A DNA stretch of 63,521 nt, the filler included, from Reclinomonas americana ATCC 50394 (lineage: Eukaryota): assembly GCA_048213135.1 (NCBI GenBank). It is 6 parts of 4 records of this genome, joined end to end, with 100 filler letters (N's around TTAATTAATTAA, not from the genome) between each part and the next. Parts side by side here need not be neighbours in the genome. Positions count along the whole stretch, not along the records: positions 60,985 to 63,521 come from PS015123.1; 5 more parts are not named here. One strand, 5' to 3'. The translations under genes were made by a program, and so were the position numbers. Below are positions 60,985 to 63,521 of this stretch, piece by piece; position 1 is the stretch's first letter, and each line of letters opens with the position of its first letter. The notes under the pieces were generated by a model. The model was not told the DNA's origin and did no database searches. It saw only the letters and a list, made by a program, of their open reading frames with translations.

Positions 60985-63023
60985 CGGTACTCTGCTGTGG
61001 TAAACGAAGAGTCTGTTCTTTCTCCGTGTCTATATGTGTTTCCGTGTGTGTTGCTCGCTCAGGATTGTCACCGTTTCCCGCCTTTCTTCTCCCGCCTTGC
61101 ACTGAGATGTCGTCCATCCCTCGCTGCGCTGCAGCCAGTACCCCACACAACAGACGGTAGTGTGAGAGCAATGTGGCTTCGTTGATGCGTGCGGGCTTTC
61201 GATGACTGACATTGGACTCGTCGATGCGAAATCGGCATGCGCAGAATGGACGCGCAAGGCGGTGACACGCGGTGGCGCTCCACTGCACCGTACATGTCCA
61301 GCGACACTCACTTTCGACTGACCTGCATTCTCTGCCGACGAGGACTGGCATGCCGTGCTGCTTGGATGTGCAGCTGTGGCCCTGCATCCGAGAATCCAAT
61401 GAGCATTGAGTCAACGACACCTCATCTCCTTGGATCGGCCCACAGCGAGGTTGATGAGGGCACGATGATGGCAAACGGTACAGGAGAGGAGCGACCAGCA
61501 CAGCAGCACAGTGATGGAAGAGGCAGCTGTGTTGTGAGACTCGCTTCCTCTCACCAACAAGTCACAATCAATGCCTCGCGCCTTCAATCACCCTCACAGT
61601 CGGTCGGTGAATCGTGTCACGCACGAACTGTGAAGCACGGAACCACGTGTTGCCCAGTGGCCAACCACTTGCCAGCACGCCTGAACATATCACGCACAGA
61701 ATCGAGTCAGTCAAATCTCCAAGTCTCACCAACATGTTCCTCAACGCAGAAGCAGAACACGCACGCACCGTGTGTTGCTGGCCAAGCTTGTGTCTGCAGT
61801 CTCCCACGGCCACCACCATCATCACTCGGCAGAGACGGCGGCAACCAAGGCGCACACCATCGATCCGCTCCGACTTGCCAGCCGAGGATTGAAAACGATC
61901 CACCGACCAGGCCACCGGCGCACATCACGACACGCCACGCTTTCCGTGGAATGCACGGCCTGCATAATTGAGGTGAGTGGTAGGGAAGGAGGAAAAGAGA
62001 GATCACGACGAACAGGGCCACACCTGCTTCGTGCATTGGTGGGATGCGAGTGGTGAGCCGAGTGAGCGAGGTGACGGTCGACAACGGGCAATGCACATCA
62101 CGCCTGTCATCGCCACGACATGCTTTCCATGGCCTCTGCATGCCGGTGTGCTGTGAGCAAAGAATGGAGGACGGGGAGAGACATCTGCTCTGACTAACTG
62201 ACAAACACACCGATCAGCACCTGATACCAACTCGTGTTTGGACAGAGGCAAGCCGAGGGGCGCTCACACATCCATCCTACGAGAGAGAGAGAGAGCAGAG
62301 TCAGCATGCAGTCATGCCACTTCGGCATCGGGAAGCTCACCATGATGAACTGGCAGGATGGTAATCGGAACACGGTGAGCGGACCAGCAGCTCGATCTCG
62401 AGCGTGTGCGGCAAGGAGGGGCGGATTACTGGGGAGTCAGATGAGCGCACAAAGGCAGGGAGATGGCGGAGAAAGAGAAAGAGAGAGATTCAGTACGGGG
62501 CAGAGAAGAAGAGCGGAATGACATGCATTCTTCAGAGCCGGAAGGAGAATGTCCACGGCGCACGCGCCAATGGGAAGCAGAGCAGTGATGCCAAGGAAGT
62601 GCGCAAAGAAGACGCGAGGAAACAGACAACGGTAACTCGCTCTCCTGAGGCACGTGCACGGGCGACGGAAGAAGCACGCACAACAGACATCACAACGAGA
62701 CAGAAAGACACAACAGACTCCAATTGATTCATCTCGCTCGCATACACAAACGGAGGTGAGAAAGAGGCAAGCATGCAGAGGGAGACGTGCTTCACTACCT
62801 CTCTCTCACTCACATGATAGGACAACAAGCACAGAGAACAATTCTGCATCATCCACGTCGACTTCTCTCCTCTCGTCTGTCGTCCTCTCTTCCCCCACCT
62901 GCACCATGCACAACCACCCATTCTCCCTCGCACAACAAGAAAAACAACTCACATTCTCCAGCAGCCACCTTCTCCCTTCGACTCACCGACTCAGCACCGG
63001 AAANNNNNNNNNNNNNNNNNNNN

Positions 63024-63182
63024 TGCGGCGGTTGGAGGGACACACGCACCTGGTGATATCTGTTGCCGTCTCTCGCGATGGTCAGCACATTGTCAGTGCG
63101 GGTGGCTACGACAAGACCGTGAGAGTGTGGTCTACACCGCGTGGCCTTGCTCGTCTCGAACTCGACGCTGCGCGCTTGGCCA
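63024..63182 (+). CDS. Single WD40 repeat fragment on a short contig between gaps
   Basis: RRLEGHTHLVISVAVSRDGQHIVSAGGYDKTVRVWS; same repeat family as the adjacent minus-strand array but opposite orientation. Confidence 0.7.
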
Positions 63183-63202
63183 NNNNNNNNNNNNNNNNNN
63201 NN

Positions 63203-63521
63203 CCTCCTCGCCACTCTCCAGAGACCATACCCGCACGGTGCTGTCCTCGCTCCCACTCACGACATGCTGGCCATTGGAGGTGATGGTGACAGACGACACC
63301 CATCCAGTGTGTCCTTCTAGTCGTCGCACCTCCTTGCCAGCCAGCGACCACACTCTCACCGTGTTGTCCCTACTGCCACTCACGATGTGCTGACCATCGG
63401 GAGTAACAGCGACTGAAATCACCCAGTCAGCGTGTCCCTCCAACCGCCGCACTTCTTCCCCGCTCGCCAGCAACCAAACCCGCACTGTGTTGTCTCCACC
63501 CCCACTCACAACGTGCTTATC
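63203..63521 (-). CDS. High-identity WD40 repeat array (partial, intronless here)
   Basis: Three consecutive units of the form EVRRLEGHxxWVxSVxxTxxGQHxVSGSxDxTVRVWSL. Confidence 0.88.

Noticed and set aside
63024-63182. Inverted WD40 unit as an invertible diversity cassette
   Set aside because: It is a 159-nt contig between two short N gaps; mis-orientation of a repeat contig is the simpler explanation and no recombination sites are visible.

Overview
GC-rich, gene-dense nuclear DNA from a unicellular eukaryote (lineage not determinable here), with many short spliceosomal introns of about 55-95 nt. The window is six scaffolds joined by artificial 100-nt N/TTAATTAATTAA linkers, so adjacency across linkers is unproven. 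Manual splicing gives these genes in order: a low-complexity ORF, histone stem-loop binding protein (SLBP), an SMCHD1/GMI1-like protein, an ATRX/ARIP4-like SNF2 ATPase with an unusual RS + dsRBD-like + PHD tail, a BLM/Sgs1 RecQ helicase, SKI3/TTC37, a helical-repeat protein, a COX7A-like subunit, a G-patch protein, AMP deaminase (partial), a divergent P450 (partial), an atypical tRNA-Gly(TCC), a Zn2Cys6-PAS transcription factor, a SYS1/TMEM244-family protein, a TTLL6-like glutamylase, ARP8, a kinesin (partial), ARP5 and near-identical WD40 repeats. The most striking signal is a frequent second class of 5' splice site. I counted 31 frame-supported donors reading GTTGCG (one GTTGAG), all following a non-G exon base. 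This looks like the ordinary G|GTGCGT/G|GTGAGT donor shifted by one nucleotide, and it lacks the usually conserved +5 G. All homology calls are from motif recognition by eye, not database searches.
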